Source: an uncultured bacterium | GTDB taxonomy: Bacteria; Patescibacteriota; Minisyncoccia; Phycocordibacterales; UBA2163 | Assembly (NCBI GenBank): GCA_913041175.1 | Contig: CAJWGW010000002.1 | Location: 1 to 37,460, forward strand | Length of the DNA: 37,460 nt | Reading direction: 5' to 3' | Part shown: positions 8,324 through 18,172 of the stretch, one piece after another | Numbering within the stretch: position 1 is the first letter of the stretch | How the letters are laid out: each line of letters begins with the position of its first letter | The notes under the pieces: generated by a model | The model's database searches: none | Told to the model about the DNA's origin: nothing | What the model saw: the letters and a program-made list of their open reading frames with translations, nothing else | Translations under genes and position numbers: made by a program

Positions 8324-10252
8324 ATGATACATAGAAATAATCCTGATAGAAGACAGGCTCCTAAAAGATATCCGTCATCAGACGCAAGCAGACCTGCCCG
8401 CACAAGCGGACGACACCCTTCACATGGAAGACCAAACGCACGCCCACATACGCCTGTCCGCGCAGGCGGGCCTGCGCGGACAGGCAGGCGAACAGGCGCA
8501 AAGATGCGTATGCCAAGAAAAAACATGCCACGACTGACTCCCAAAAAGAAAGAGGATGTAATCCCTGCTTTAGGAGACAACATCCGCATAATCCCGCTTG
8601 GTGGAGTAGAGGAAGTTGGTAAGAATATGATAGTTGTTGAATATAAAGACGACATCGTTATTTTTGATATGGGATTTCAGTTCGTAACAGAAGAAGAAAC
8701 TCCAGGAATTGATTATATTCTTCCTAATACTAAATATCTCGAACAATGGAAAGAAAAAATTCGCGGAGTTGTAATAACACATGGCCACTTAGATCATATC
8801 GGGGGAATACCGTATATAATGAATAGAATTGGAAATCCCAAAATCTACACACGCTCTCTTACAAAAATGATGATTGGGAAGAGACAGAGTGAGTTCCCTC
8901 ACCTTCCAGAGCTTGATATAAGAGAAGTTGAGCCGGGAGATAATATCAAACTCGGAAATTTACCTATCAAATTTTATCCAATATCGCACTCAATCCCTGA
9001 TGCTATGGCGGTTTCCTTGGAAACACCTTATGGAAATATTGTTATTACAGGAGATCTAAAGCTTGACCATATTGACAATGAACCCACTTCAGAAGAGAAA
9101 AAAGTATGGGGAGAAATTGGTAAGCACAGTAACCTTCTTCTCGTTTCTGATTCTACAAATGTTGAAAATCCAGGGTTCTCAATTACAGAAAAAAAGATAC
9201 AGGAAAACTTAGAGGAAATAATAAAAAATGTTCCAGGGCGTCTCATTATAGGAACCTTCGCATCACAATTTGAGAGAATGATAAAAATAGTACAAATTGC
9301 AGAAAAGTACGGAAAGAAAGTTATTACAGAAGGACGAAGTATAAAAACAAATATAGAAATAGCCCAACTTGCAGAACTATTGAAACCAAAGAAAGGTACT
9401 ATAATCCCCGCGCAAGACATCAGTAAGTATCCGCCAAACAAAATAGTGGTGCTTGCAACAGGAGCGCAAGGAGAAGAATTTGCGGCACTTATGCGCATTT
9501 CAACTAAACAGCACAAACATGTTGTTCTTAACGAAAGAGATACAATAGTACTCTCCTCTTCTATAGTCCCAGGCAACGAAGTGGCTGTTCGAAAATTAAA
9601 AGATAATCTTTACCGGTTTGGAGTTAAGATAATCCATTACAAAGTTTCCGATGTGCACTCCACAGGTCACGGTAATGCAGGAGAACTTACATGGGTCAAT
9701 AAAACTGTTGGTGCAAAATTCTTCATTCCTGGATACGGATCATACTCTATGACTGCATTTCATGCACAAGTTATAAAAGATGCAAATATAATGAAAGCAG
9801 AGAATATAGTTATACCGAAAGGAAATGGTGCAGTAATAGAAATAGGAAATAAAGGAAAGACAATTAAAACACTGAAAGAGAAAGCGCCGTCTGGAATTAC
9901 AATGGTTGATGGTCTTGCAATAGGAGACATCCAAGAAGTTGTAATACGCGACAGAAAGATGCTTGCTCAAGATGGAATGTTTGTTATCGTCGCAACTATA
10001 AACTTAAAAACGGGAAAACTGCGAAAGTCTCCTGATATAATCTCACGTGGATTTATTTATTTGAGAGAATCACAAGACCTTCTTCAGGAAACACGAGTGC
10101 TTATCAAAAAAACCGTTGAAGATACTGCATCTGCTGCACGACCTATAAATTTTGACAATATTAAAGCGCAGTTAACTGATTCAGTAAGTATGTTTCTGTT
10201 CCAGAAAACAAACAAAAGACCCCTTGTTATACCCGTATTATTGAGTATTTAA
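8324..10252 (+). CDS. rnj: Ribonuclease J
   Basis: PLGGVEEVGKN, THGHLDHIG, HSIPD, SDSTN, TGAQGE and HSTGHG motifs. R/P-rich N-terminal extension. Confidence 0.96.
   Translation: MIHRNNPDRRQAPKRYPSSDASRPARTSGRHPSHGRPNARPHTPVRAGGPARTGRRTGAKMRMPRKNMPRLTPKKKEDVIPALGDNIRIIPLGGVEEVGKNMIVVEYKDDIVIFDMGFQFVTEEETPGIDYILPNTKYLEQWKEKIRGVVITHGHLDHIGGIPYIMNRIGNPKIYTRSLTKMMIGKRQSEFPHLPELDIREVEPGDNIKLGNLPIKFYPISHSIPDAMAVSLETPYGNIVITGDLKLDHIDNEPTSEEKKVWGEIGKHSNLLLVSDSTNVENPGFSITEKKIQENLEEIIKNVPGRLIIGTFASQFERMIKIVQIAEKYGKKVITEGRSIKTNIEIAQLAELLKPKKGTIIPAQDISKYPPNKIVVLATGAQGEEFAALMRISTKQHKHVVLNERDTIVLSSSIVPGNEVAVRKLKDNLYRFGVKIIHYKVSDVHSTGHGNAGELTWVNKTVGAKFFIPGYGSYSMTAFHAQVIKDANIMKAENIVIPKGNGAVIEIGNKGKTIKTLKEKAPSGITMVDGLAIGDIQEVVIRDRKMLAQDGMFVIVATINLKTGKLRKSPDIISRGFIYLRESQDLLQETRVLIKKTVEDTASAARPINFDNIKAQLTDSVSMFLFQKTNKRPLVIPVLLSI
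8452..8485. repeat. Intragenic perfect inverted repeat in rnj
   Basis: GCCTGTCCGCGCAGGC-GG-GCCTGCGCGGACAGGC (16-bp arms). Confidence 0.8.
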
Positions 10253-10254
10253 AA

Positions 10255-11436
10255 ATGAACACCACACAGCTACAAAAAGTACAGAAAAAAAATATCTTTG
10301 GTGCAATATACACAGTGGGTTTTCTATCTGCTCTTCATGTATTTATGATTGTTTATATTAATTCAAGTTTTCTGAATCAATATATATCGGAAGAATTTGT
10401 TGGTTTACTTTACATCATAGGCTCAATAATGACTATAAGCGTATTGACTATCGTTCCTTACATCTTGAGAAATTTTGGAAATTATCTGACACTTGTTGTA
10501 TTTACTTTATTTGAGATTTTAATTCTTCTTGGAATGACGTTCATTAAAGAACCAGCGATAATTATCCCACTTTTTGTTGCCCACTGGGTTATTTTCCAGA
10601 TTATGTTTATCAACATTGATATATTCCTTGAAACCTATCAGAAAAAAGAATCCAGCACAGGAAATACGAGAGGGATTTTTCTTACAATAATAAATTCTTC
10701 TCTTATGTTGGCTATTGTTATTGTCGGTTTCGTTTTAACCGACAGTGACTTCTGGAAAATATATCTCATCTCGGCTGGAATACTTCTTCCTTTCCTTTTC
10801 GTTATATTTACTAAATTTAGAAAATTTAAAGATCCGGTATATGAAAACTTTAGAATCTGGAGAACATTTAAAAAATTCCGAACAGATAAGAATATCTCAA
10901 ATATATTTATGGCGCAGTTTATCTTGAAATTCTTTTTCTCATGGATGGTTGTATATATGCCGATTTATCTTCACGATTATGTTGGTTTTGAATGGCAACA
11001 AATAGCTGTTATATTTTTTATAATGCTTTTGCCTTTTATTCTTTTTGAAATTCCCGCAGGAAAACTAGCGGATAAATGGATTGGTGAGAAAGAGCTTCTC
11101 TCGCTTGGTTTTATAATTATGGCGTTTTCAACTATGGTAATACCTTTTATCGCTATTGCATCTTTCGCGCTTTGGACCGGAATACTTTTTGTAACAAGAA
11201 TAGGGGCAAGCTTGGTGGAAATCACAACGGAAAGTTATTTCTTTAAACATGTAAAGGGTGATGATGCAAATATTATAAGTTTCTTCAGGATGACTCGTCC
11301 TGTCGCCTACATCGCTGGTCCTCTTGTTGCTATTATTACACTTCAGTTTTTTTCGTTTCAATATATATTCTTAGTACTTGGAATAATAATGTTTCTTGGA
11401 CTTAGATACTCTTTGGCGCTTAAGGATACGCTTTAG
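10255..11436 (+). CDS. MFS transporter
   Basis: About 12 TM segments, with an MFS motif-A-like PAGKLADKWIGEKE. Confidence 0.88.
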   Translation: MNTTQLQKVQKKNIFGAIYTVGFLSALHVFMIVYINSSFLNQYISEEFVGLLYIIGSIMTISVLTIVPYILRNFGNYLTLVVFTLFEILILLGMTFIKEPAIIIPLFVAHWVIFQIMFINIDIFLETYQKKESSTGNTRGIFLTIINSSLMLAIVIVGFVLTDSDFWKIYLISAGILLPFLFVIFTKFRKFKDPVYENFRIWRTFKKFRTDKNISNIFMAQFILKFFFSWMVVYMPIYLHDYVGFEWQQIAVIFFIMLLPFILFEIPAGKLADKWIGEKELLSLGFIIMAFSTMVIPFIAIASFALWTGILFVTRIGASLVEITTESYFFKHVKGDDANIISFFRMTRPVAYIAGPLVAIITLQFFSFQYIFLVLGIIMFLGLRYSLALKDTL

Positions 11437-11588
11437 TATAGGTATAAGTATGGATATATATAAACTGTGGATTATTTGCTATTGTAGAAATTTTATTGTG
11501 CTAAAATTATATTAAGGGATGAGATTTAGACGAACATTCGTCGGTCGTATTTATTTAACAGTAATTTAATCATCTCGTTTAAAAAAAT

Positions 11589-11993
11589 ATGAAAATGGTT
11601 TTAAACATTGTCGGTATTATTGTTGCTTTGGCTGGAGTCATCGGATTCTTCAATAATCCTATAATTGGAATTCTTGAGACAAGTACGATCCAGAATATCG
11701 TTTACATAATTTTGGGTCTCTTGATACTTATGTCTGTAATGAAAGGTCAGGCGATGCTAACAAAGATTATCGGTATAGTCTTTGCAATCTTAGGAATCCT
11801 TGGATTTGTACTTTCAGGCAATACAGTTCTCGGTATTGTTGAGTCAACGACGAATGTGAATTCATTCAACCTAATAGTCGGTATCATAGTGCTCCTTATT
11901 GCATTTATGAACAAAGGTGGTTCAGGCCATTCAGCACCTCAAGGTGGTGGGATGGACAATCAACAAGCGCCTCCACAAAATCCACAAATGTAA
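11589..11993 (+). CDS. Membrane protein (4 TM, DUF4383-like) with Q/P-rich tail
   Basis: Two repeated GI(L/I)GF...LGI.E half-units and four hydrophobic helices. Confidence 0.75.
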   Translation: MKMVLNIVGIIVALAGVIGFFNNPIIGILETSTIQNIVYIILGLLILMSVMKGQAMLTKIIGIVFAILGILGFVLSGNTVLGIVESTTNVNSFNLIVGIIVLLIAFMNKGGSGHSAPQGGGMDNQQAPPQNPQM

Positions 11994-12016
11994 ATTTTAT
12001 AACATTTGATCAAAAT

Positions 12017-12048
12017 AAAAAACTTTCTAATTAATTAGGAAGTTTTTT
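12017..12048. terminator. Bidirectional terminator between convergent genes
   Basis: AAAAAACTTTCTAA-TTAA-TTAGGAAGTTTTTT. Confidence 0.65.
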
Positions 12049-12706
12049 ATTTTGCTTTAGGCCAAATACTTACAGCTTTAGGATAAATCTTTGAAAGTAC
12101 GTGTTCTTTGCATTCGTGCTTTCTTGCAGGGCAGATTTGTCTGCCATATTCAATTGCTCTGTATGTAAAATCCATCCACTGCCTCTTTGGAAGTATCTTT
12201 ATCAAATCCTGTTCAATTTTATTCGGGTCACGACTGTCAGTTAGATCAAATTTCAGAGCAAAGCGTCTCACATGAGTGTCAACCGCTATCCCCTCCACTA
12301 TCCCAAATGCATTTCCTAAAACTATATTCGCAGTTTTTCGAGCAACCCCAGGAAGTTCAGTGAGTTCTTCCATCTTATTAGGAACTCTCCCTTTATATTT
12401 TTTCTTTATAATCTTTGCAGATGCTAAGATGTTTTTTGCTTTGTTGTGATAAAATCCTGTTGATTTGATATCTTGCTCAAATTCTTTGATATTCACCTTT
12501 AGATAGTCGTCAAATTTCTTATATTTCTTAAAAAGCTTTTCTGTAACTTTATTCACCTGCTTGTCGGTTGACTGCGCTGAGAGAACCACAGCAACCAAAA
12601 GCTCCCAATTACTCCTATATTTCAGAGCGATTTTAACTCTTGGAAAGAGCTTTTTTAAGGCATTATTTAACTTTAAAATACGTTCTTTTCGCTCTCTTTC
12701 TTTCAT
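12047..12706 (-). CDS. nth: Endonuclease III (HhH-GPD glycosylase)
   Basis: LLVAVVLSAQSTD, LPGVARKTA and AVDTHV motifs. The Fe-S motif is degenerate. Start at 12706 or 12712. Confidence 0.93.
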   Translation of the reverse strand: MKERERKERILKLNNALKKLFPRVKIALKYRSNWELLVAVVLSAQSTDKQVNKVTEKLFKKYKKFDDYLKVNIKEFEQDIKSTGFYHNKAKNILASAKIIKKKYKGRVPNKMEELTELPGVARKTANIVLGNAFGIVEGIAVDTHVRRFALKFDLTDSRDPNKIEQDLIKILPKRQWMDFTYRAIEYGRQICPARKHECKEHVLSKIYPKAVSIWPKAK

Positions 12707-12732
12707 ACCCATATGATATACTAGAGGCAATC

Positions 12733-15700
12733 ATGTCTCAAGATAAAGCAAAATTTGTACATCTTCACACTCACAGTCATTATTCTCTGCTAAATGCTTT
12801 ACCTAAGATAAGTGAGCTTGTTGATGCCGCAGGGAAAGCTCAAATGTCCGCACTTGCGCTTACCGACAATGGTAATTTATATGGCGCAATTGAATTTTAC
12901 AAAAAGTGCAAAGACGAGGATATAAAACCTATAATTGGCATTGATGCGTTTGTCGCAGTGCGCACGCGTTTTGATAAAGAAGCACAGATTGACAATAAGC
13001 GCGCGCGACTTGTACTTTTGGCGAAAAATGAAACTGGCTATAAAAATCTTCTGAAACTTGTCACTTACTCTCACCTTGAAGGATTCTATTACAAGCCACG
13101 CGTTGACAGAGAGCTTTTGGAGAAATATTCTGAAGGACTCATTGTAATTTTGCCTTCGTTCTCTGCTGAAACATCTTTAGCGTTAAAAAATAATTCGCCA
13201 GCTGGCGAAACAGGAAATGCAAAAGAAATATTAGAATGGTACAAGAACACATTCGGTAGCGATGATACATTTCTTGAGATTACATATCATCCTGAAATTG
13301 AAGGTCACGGTGAGCTTCAAAATAAAATAAAAAATCTTGGCAAAGATACCGACACCGAACTTGTCGCTGCTCACGATGTCTATTATATAAAACCAGAAGA
13401 TAGGAAAACTCGCGAAACACTTATGAAAATCCAAACTAGTATAGATTTTGCTGAACAAGGAAACTTAAATGGTGACGAGGAGGATTTTTCATTCATCTCT
13501 GCCGAGAAGGCGGAAGAATATTTTAAAGATATGCCACAAGCACTTGAAAATACAATTAAGATTGCAAGTAAATGCAATCTTAAACTGGAACTTGGTAAAT
13601 GGGTATTCCCCGATTTGAAACTTGAGAGCAGAAATTCATACGATGAAGAACTACACAAACTTGTTTACGCTGGAATAAAAAAACGCGCACTAAAAAAAAC
13701 AAAAGAAGTTGAGAGTCGTATTGAATATGAACTTAAAATCATTAAAGACAAAGGATATTCTCCATACTTTCTTGTTGTTGGAGATTTATTGAAATTTGCT
13801 CATGAAAATAATATTCTAACGACAATCCGTGGCTCTGTTGCAGGCTCTATTGTCACTTATCTTGCAAACATTACAAATGTAAATCCAATAGAATACAAAA
13901 TTCCGTTTGAAAGATTTTTAAATCCAGAACGCCCCTCTCCACCCGATATTGATATGGATTTTGCCGACAATAGAAGAGACGAGATAATCCAATATGCAAA
14001 AAGTAAATATGGTGAGGACAAAGTTGCACAGATTGGAACATTTGGAACAATGATGGCGCGTGGCGCAGTTAGAGACATTGCGCGCGCTCTAGGATACTCA
14101 TACAACATAGGAGATAAAATCGCAAAACTTATTCCTTTTGGCTCGCAAGGTTTTCCGATGACAATAGAGCGCGCGCTTGATATAACACCAGAGTTGAAAA
14201 CACTTTACGAAAAAGAAAAAGGTGCAAAAGAGATTATTGATATGGCAAAAAAGATTGAGGGTAATGCACGGCACATCTCTATACATGCCGCGGGAGTTGT
14301 AATCGCACCCATTGACTTGACATGCTTTGTCCCTCTACAGCTTGACCCAAAAGGAGGAAAAGTTATAACTCAGTATGATATGCACTCAGTTGAGGATGCT
14401 GGACTTTTGAAATTTGATTTTCTCGGACTTAAAAATCTTGCTGTACTTGCAGACGTTGTTAAACGCGCAAAGAAATTTCATAATGTAGATATAGATATTG
14501 AAAATGTCCCGCTAGATGATAAAAAAACATTTGAAATGCTCGCGCGTGGCGAGACAATGGGAATTTTTCAATTAAACGGAGCTGGTATGACAAGATATCT
14601 CAAAGACCTGAAGCCAACAACCATACACGACATCAACGCCATGGTATCTCTTTATCGTCCTGGACCTATGGAGTCAATTCCCTCTTATATTGAAAGAAAA
14701 CATAATGCAAAACTCATAACATATCTTGACCCAAGAATGGAAGATATTCTTGACCATTCATATGGAGTCATAACATATCAGGATGATGTGCTTCTGATTG
14801 CAATAAAGCTCGGTGGCTACTCATGGCTTGAAGCAGATAAACTACGAAAAGCAATGGGCAAAAAAATTCCAAAAGTTATGGCGGCCGAAAAAGAAAAGCT
14901 TATTCAAGGATTTATTGATAACGGTACTACGAAAGAAAAAGCGGAGAAATTATGGAAATTGATTGAACCATTTGCCGCATATGGCTTTAATAAAGCCCAC
15001 GCTGCAAGTTATGGGAAAGTCGCATATCAAACTGCTTACATGAAAGCCAACTTCCCAGTGGAATATATGGCGGCTGTTTTAACTGCGGATTCCGGCGATG
15101 TTGATAAAATATCTGAGAGTATTATAGAGCTAAAGAGAATGGATATCCCTGTTCTACCACCGAATATAAATGAGAGTTTTGGGGACTTCACTGTCGTGGA
15201 GAATAGTATTCGTTTTGGACTTCATTCTATTAAAAATTTTGGCGAAGGAATTGGAGATTACATAATTAACGAAAGAGAACATCCGCCAGCTGGCGGAGGA
15301 AAGTTTAAATCGCTTGCTGATTTTCTTGAGAGAATACAGGATAAAAATTTAAACAAAAAATCACTTGAAGCGCTTATAAAATCAGGCGCATTTGATGAAT
15401 TTGGAGAACGAGGAGTACAACTTTCAAATCTTGAACACTTGCTGGAGTATAGTAAGGAGCATTCTTCTGCACCTGAAAATCAAGATTCTCTTTTTGGAGG
15501 TATGCTAAAAGAAAGTGGCGCATCAAAATTGATTCTGGAAAAAGGAGAACCTGCAAGCCAGACAGATAAATTGTTTTGGGAGAAAGAACTTTTAGGACTT
15601 TATATCTCTGGACATCCGCTTGATAAACACAAAGATAAATTTAAAAATAAATATAAAGAAATAAAAGAAACTAAAGAAACAATGAAAAATGGTATGACAG

Positions 15701-15936
15701 TTGTCATCTCTGGAATTGTTGAAGAGGTAAAGCCAATCCTCACAAAAAGAGGAGACCAGATGGCGTTTGTACGAATTGCTGACTTTAGTGACAATGTTGA
15801 AACAGTGTTTTTTCCTGAAGTATTCGCAAAATTTAAATCGCTTGTGGAGCAAGAAAAATGCGTCGCCATAAAGGGACGAATCTCTGACAGAAACGGCGGG
15901 ATAAGTATCATAGCAGAAGCAGTGAAAGAATTATAA
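12733..15936 (+). CDS. dnaE: DNA polymerase III subunit alpha
   Basis: PHP HLHTHSHYS, RGS, FERFLNPER..PDIDMDF, KFDFLGL, YGFNKAHA and a C-terminal OB fold. Start moved to MSQDK (12733). Confidence 0.97.
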   Translation: MSQDKAKFVHLHTHSHYSLLNALPKISELVDAAGKAQMSALALTDNGNLYGAIEFYKKCKDEDIKPIIGIDAFVAVRTRFDKEAQIDNKRARLVLLAKNETGYKNLLKLVTYSHLEGFYYKPRVDRELLEKYSEGLIVILPSFSAETSLALKNNSPAGETGNAKEILEWYKNTFGSDDTFLEITYHPEIEGHGELQNKIKNLGKDTDTELVAAHDVYYIKPEDRKTRETLMKIQTSIDFAEQGNLNGDEEDFSFISAEKAEEYFKDMPQALENTIKIASKCNLKLELGKWVFPDLKLESRNSYDEELHKLVYAGIKKRALKKTKEVESRIEYELKIIKDKGYSPYFLVVGDLLKFAHENNILTTIRGSVAGSIVTYLANITNVNPIEYKIPFERFLNPERPSPPDIDMDFADNRRDEIIQYAKSKYGEDKVAQIGTFGTMMARGAVRDIARALGYSYNIGDKIAKLIPFGSQGFPMTIERALDITPELKTLYEKEKGAKEIIDMAKKIEGNARHISIHAAGVVIAPIDLTCFVPLQLDPKGGKVITQYDMHSVEDAGLLKFDFLGLKNLAVLADVVKRAKKFHNVDIDIENVPLDDKKTFEMLARGETMGIFQLNGAGMTRYLKDLKPTTIHDINAMVSLYRPGPMESIPSYIERKHNAKLITYLDPRMEDILDHSYGVITYQDDVLLIAIKLGGYSWLEADKLRKAMGKKIPKVMAAEKEKLIQGFIDNGTTKEKAEKLWKLIEPFAAYGFNKAHAASYGKVAYQTAYMKANFPVEYMAAVLTADSGDVDKISESIIELKRMDIPVLPPNINESFGDFTVVENSIRFGLHSIKNFGEGIGDYIINEREHPPAGGGKFKSLADFLERIQDKNLNKKSLEALIKSGAFDEFGERGVQLSNLEHLLEYSKEHSSAPENQDSLFGGMLKESGASKLILEKGEPASQTDKLFWEKELLGLYISGHPLDKHKDKFKNKYKEIKETKETMKNGMTVVISGIVEEVKPILTKRGDQMAFVRIADFSDNVETVFFPEVFAKFKSLVEQEKCVAIKGRISDRNGGISIIAEAVKEL
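13194..13209. repeat. 16-bp perfect palindrome within dnaE
   Basis: TTCGCCAGCTGGCGAA, encoding SPAGE. Confidence 0.75.
15282..15297. repeat. 16-bp perfect palindrome within dnaE
   Basis: TCCGCCAGCTGGCGGA, encoding PPAGG. Shares the core CGCCAGCTGGCG with 13194-13209. Confidence 0.75.
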
Positions 15937-15955
15937 AATGTGATATTATTACACT

Positions 15956-17692
15956 ATGAAATCAGGGAAATCAGATTCTAAATTAGAAAATATTCGGCAT
16001 TCGCTGGCACATCTGCTCGCTATGGCAATACTTGAAGAAGATAAGGATGCAAAGCTTGCAATAGGCCCGACAATAGAAAACGGATTTTATTACGACTTTG
16101 AACTCTCTCAAGCAATTGGTATAGAAGACTTGCCAAAACTTGAGAAGAAAATAAAGCATTATATAAAGCAAAACCTTGAGTTTAAACATCTTGAAAATGC
16201 TGACATCAAGAATCAGCCGTATAAAGATGAATTAATAGATGAGCTGGCGAAAAAAGGAGAAAAATTAAGCTTCTTCCAATCGGGAGATTTTATTGACCTT
16301 TGCGAAGGCGGGCACGTAAAATCTACAAATGAAATTGATGCAAAAGCATTCAAACTTACTAAAATCGCTGGCGCATATTGGAAGGGAGATGAGAAAAATA
16401 AAATGCTCACTCGCATCTACGGTGTAGCGTTTGAAAATAAAAAAGAACTTGATGAATATCTTAAGATGCAAGAGGAAGCAGAAAAGAGAGACCACAGAAA
16501 ACTCGGAAAGGAAATGGGGCTCTTTACATTCTCCCCTCTTGTCGGCACTGGACTTCCGCTTTTTATGCCCAAAGGTGTTGTAATACGAACAGAACTTTAT
16601 AATGAACTTCTTAAAATAAGTAAAAAATACGATGTACAGCAAGTTGAGGTTCCTCACATTGCCAAAAAAAGACTTTATGATGTATCTGGACATTCTGAGA
16701 AATTCGGCGAAGAGCTTTTGAAAGTCGTCGGGCATTATGATGAATTTGTAATGAAGCCAGTTAATTGTCCGCACACTACGCAAATTTACGCAGCAGAGCC
16801 GAGAAGTTATCGTGATTTGCCACTTAGGTATGTGGAATCAACAATGATGTATAGAGATGAGAAACCCGGCGAACTTGGCGGTCTTACACGCGTGCGAGCT
16901 ATTACAGTTGATGACGGACACATCTTCTGCACAACTGATCAGATAAAAAATGAAGTAAAAAACATAGCAAGTATTATAGAAGAGTTTTACAGTGGACTTG
17001 GTATGTATGGAGAACATTCTGTAGCGCTTTCTGTGAGAGACCCTAATAATTTTGATAAATATATTGGTGAAGAGAAGGACTGGGATAAAGCAGAAAAGAT
17101 GCTTAAAGAACTCTCTGATGATTTGAATCTAAAAGCAAAAAGAGTAGAGGGAGAAGCAGCGCTTTATGGCCCTAAGCTTGATTATGTATTTAAAGACTCT
17201 CTTGGTAGAGAGTGGCAACTTGCAACAATTCAGATTGATTTTTCAATGCCAAAGAGATTTGAGCTTACGTATAAAAATAAAGATGGTAAAGACGAAACGC
17301 CTGCTATGATACACAGAGCGATCTTAGGATCGTATGAAAGGTTTATGGCAATATTGATAGAGCATTTTGCGGGAGCATTTCCTCTTTGGCTCTCCCCTGT
17401 TCAGGTCAAAGTCCTTCCTATTGGAGAGGCGCATCAGAAATTTGGGGGAGAAGTGTTTGAAAAATTAAAAGAAAATGATATTCGCACAGAATTTGATGAT
17501 AGTAATGAAACACTCGGCAAGAAAATTCGCCAAGGAAAAATGGAGAAAGTCCCTTACATGCTTGTAATCGGCGACAAGGAAGTTGAAGAGAGAAAAGTAA
17601 CAATAGAAAACAGAGACAAAGGAAATCAAGGTACTCTAGAGATTGATGAGCTTATAGTAAAACTCAAAAATGAAATAACAAAAAAATCCTAA
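15956..17692 (+). CDS. thrS: Threonine--tRNA ligase (no N-terminal TGS domain)
   Basis: RHSLAH, DLCEGGH, RDHRKLG, KPVNCP and HRAILGS motifs. Confidence 0.97.
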   Translation: MKSGKSDSKLENIRHSLAHLLAMAILEEDKDAKLAIGPTIENGFYYDFELSQAIGIEDLPKLEKKIKHYIKQNLEFKHLENADIKNQPYKDELIDELAKKGEKLSFFQSGDFIDLCEGGHVKSTNEIDAKAFKLTKIAGAYWKGDEKNKMLTRIYGVAFENKKELDEYLKMQEEAEKRDHRKLGKEMGLFTFSPLVGTGLPLFMPKGVVIRTELYNELLKISKKYDVQQVEVPHIAKKRLYDVSGHSEKFGEELLKVVGHYDEFVMKPVNCPHTTQIYAAEPRSYRDLPLRYVESTMMYRDEKPGELGGLTRVRAITVDDGHIFCTTDQIKNEVKNIASIIEEFYSGLGMYGEHSVALSVRDPNNFDKYIGEEKDWDKAEKMLKELSDDLNLKAKRVEGEAALYGPKLDYVFKDSLGREWQLATIQIDFSMPKRFELTYKNKDGKDETPAMIHRAILGSYERFMAILIEHFAGAFPLWLSPVQVKVLPIGEAHQKFGGEVFEKLKENDIRTEFDDSNETLGKKIRQGKMEKVPYMLVIGDKEVEERKVTIENRDKGNQGTLEIDELIVKLKNEITKKS

Positions 17693-17696
17693 TGAG

Positions 17697-18170
17697 TTAT
17701 ATCAGTGTTCCTTTTACAAAAAGCCCATTTATTATCACAAACTCTCTCAAAACATCTTGATTTGCAACTATTCGTATAATAACATCTAAGAAAATGACAA
17801 GAAGAGGGACACCAACAACAACAAGTGCTGTTACGAGAATTTTTCTGTCCTGTTCCCATTTATAGCTATCATCGTTCCATAAGTTATTTAGGAAGAAAAT
17901 CGCATATAAACTGATTGAAAACGGTATAACTAAAGTTATTATAAAGGCAACTCCCCAAAATAAATAACTAAGCCCTAAAAGAGAAACCGAGTTCTTAAGC
18001 GTATATGCCAAAAATCTATACGCAATTAAGACATGCCCTGAATAAAATACTGTGAAATATAGGAAAAACAGCAAATATAAAATCGTGAGGAATGAATACC
18101 ACACCGGCGCAAAGTAGAACGATATTAGTCGTTTTAAATAAGGTTGTTTTTGTTCTTTTTCTTCTGTCAT
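17697..18170 (-). CDS. Hypothetical membrane protein
   Basis: 157 aa, three hydrophobic segments, starts 2 nt after the gyrB stop. Confidence 0.75.
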   Translation of the reverse strand: MTEEKEQKQPYLKRLISFYFAPVWYSFLTILYLLFFLYFTVFYSGHVLIAYRFLAYTLKNSVSLLGLSYLFWGVAFIITLVIPFSISLYAIFFLNNLWNDDSYKWEQDRKILVTALVVVGVPLLVIFLDVIIRIVANQDVLREFVIINGLFVKGTLI

Positions 18171-18172
18171 AA

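Noticed and set aside
11505..11588. Riboswitch upstream of the 11589 membrane protein
   Set aside because: Only a small GACGAA/TTCGTC hairpin and a weak GAGAT/ATCTC pairing. No aptamer consensus was recognised.
12640..12732. ORF-track upstream starts for dnaE (also gyrB 20317, gdh 29562, priA 31834, khpA 382, secG 6297)
   Set aside because: The extensions overlap neighbouring genes or promoters and lack family similarity. Downstream ATGs fit better.
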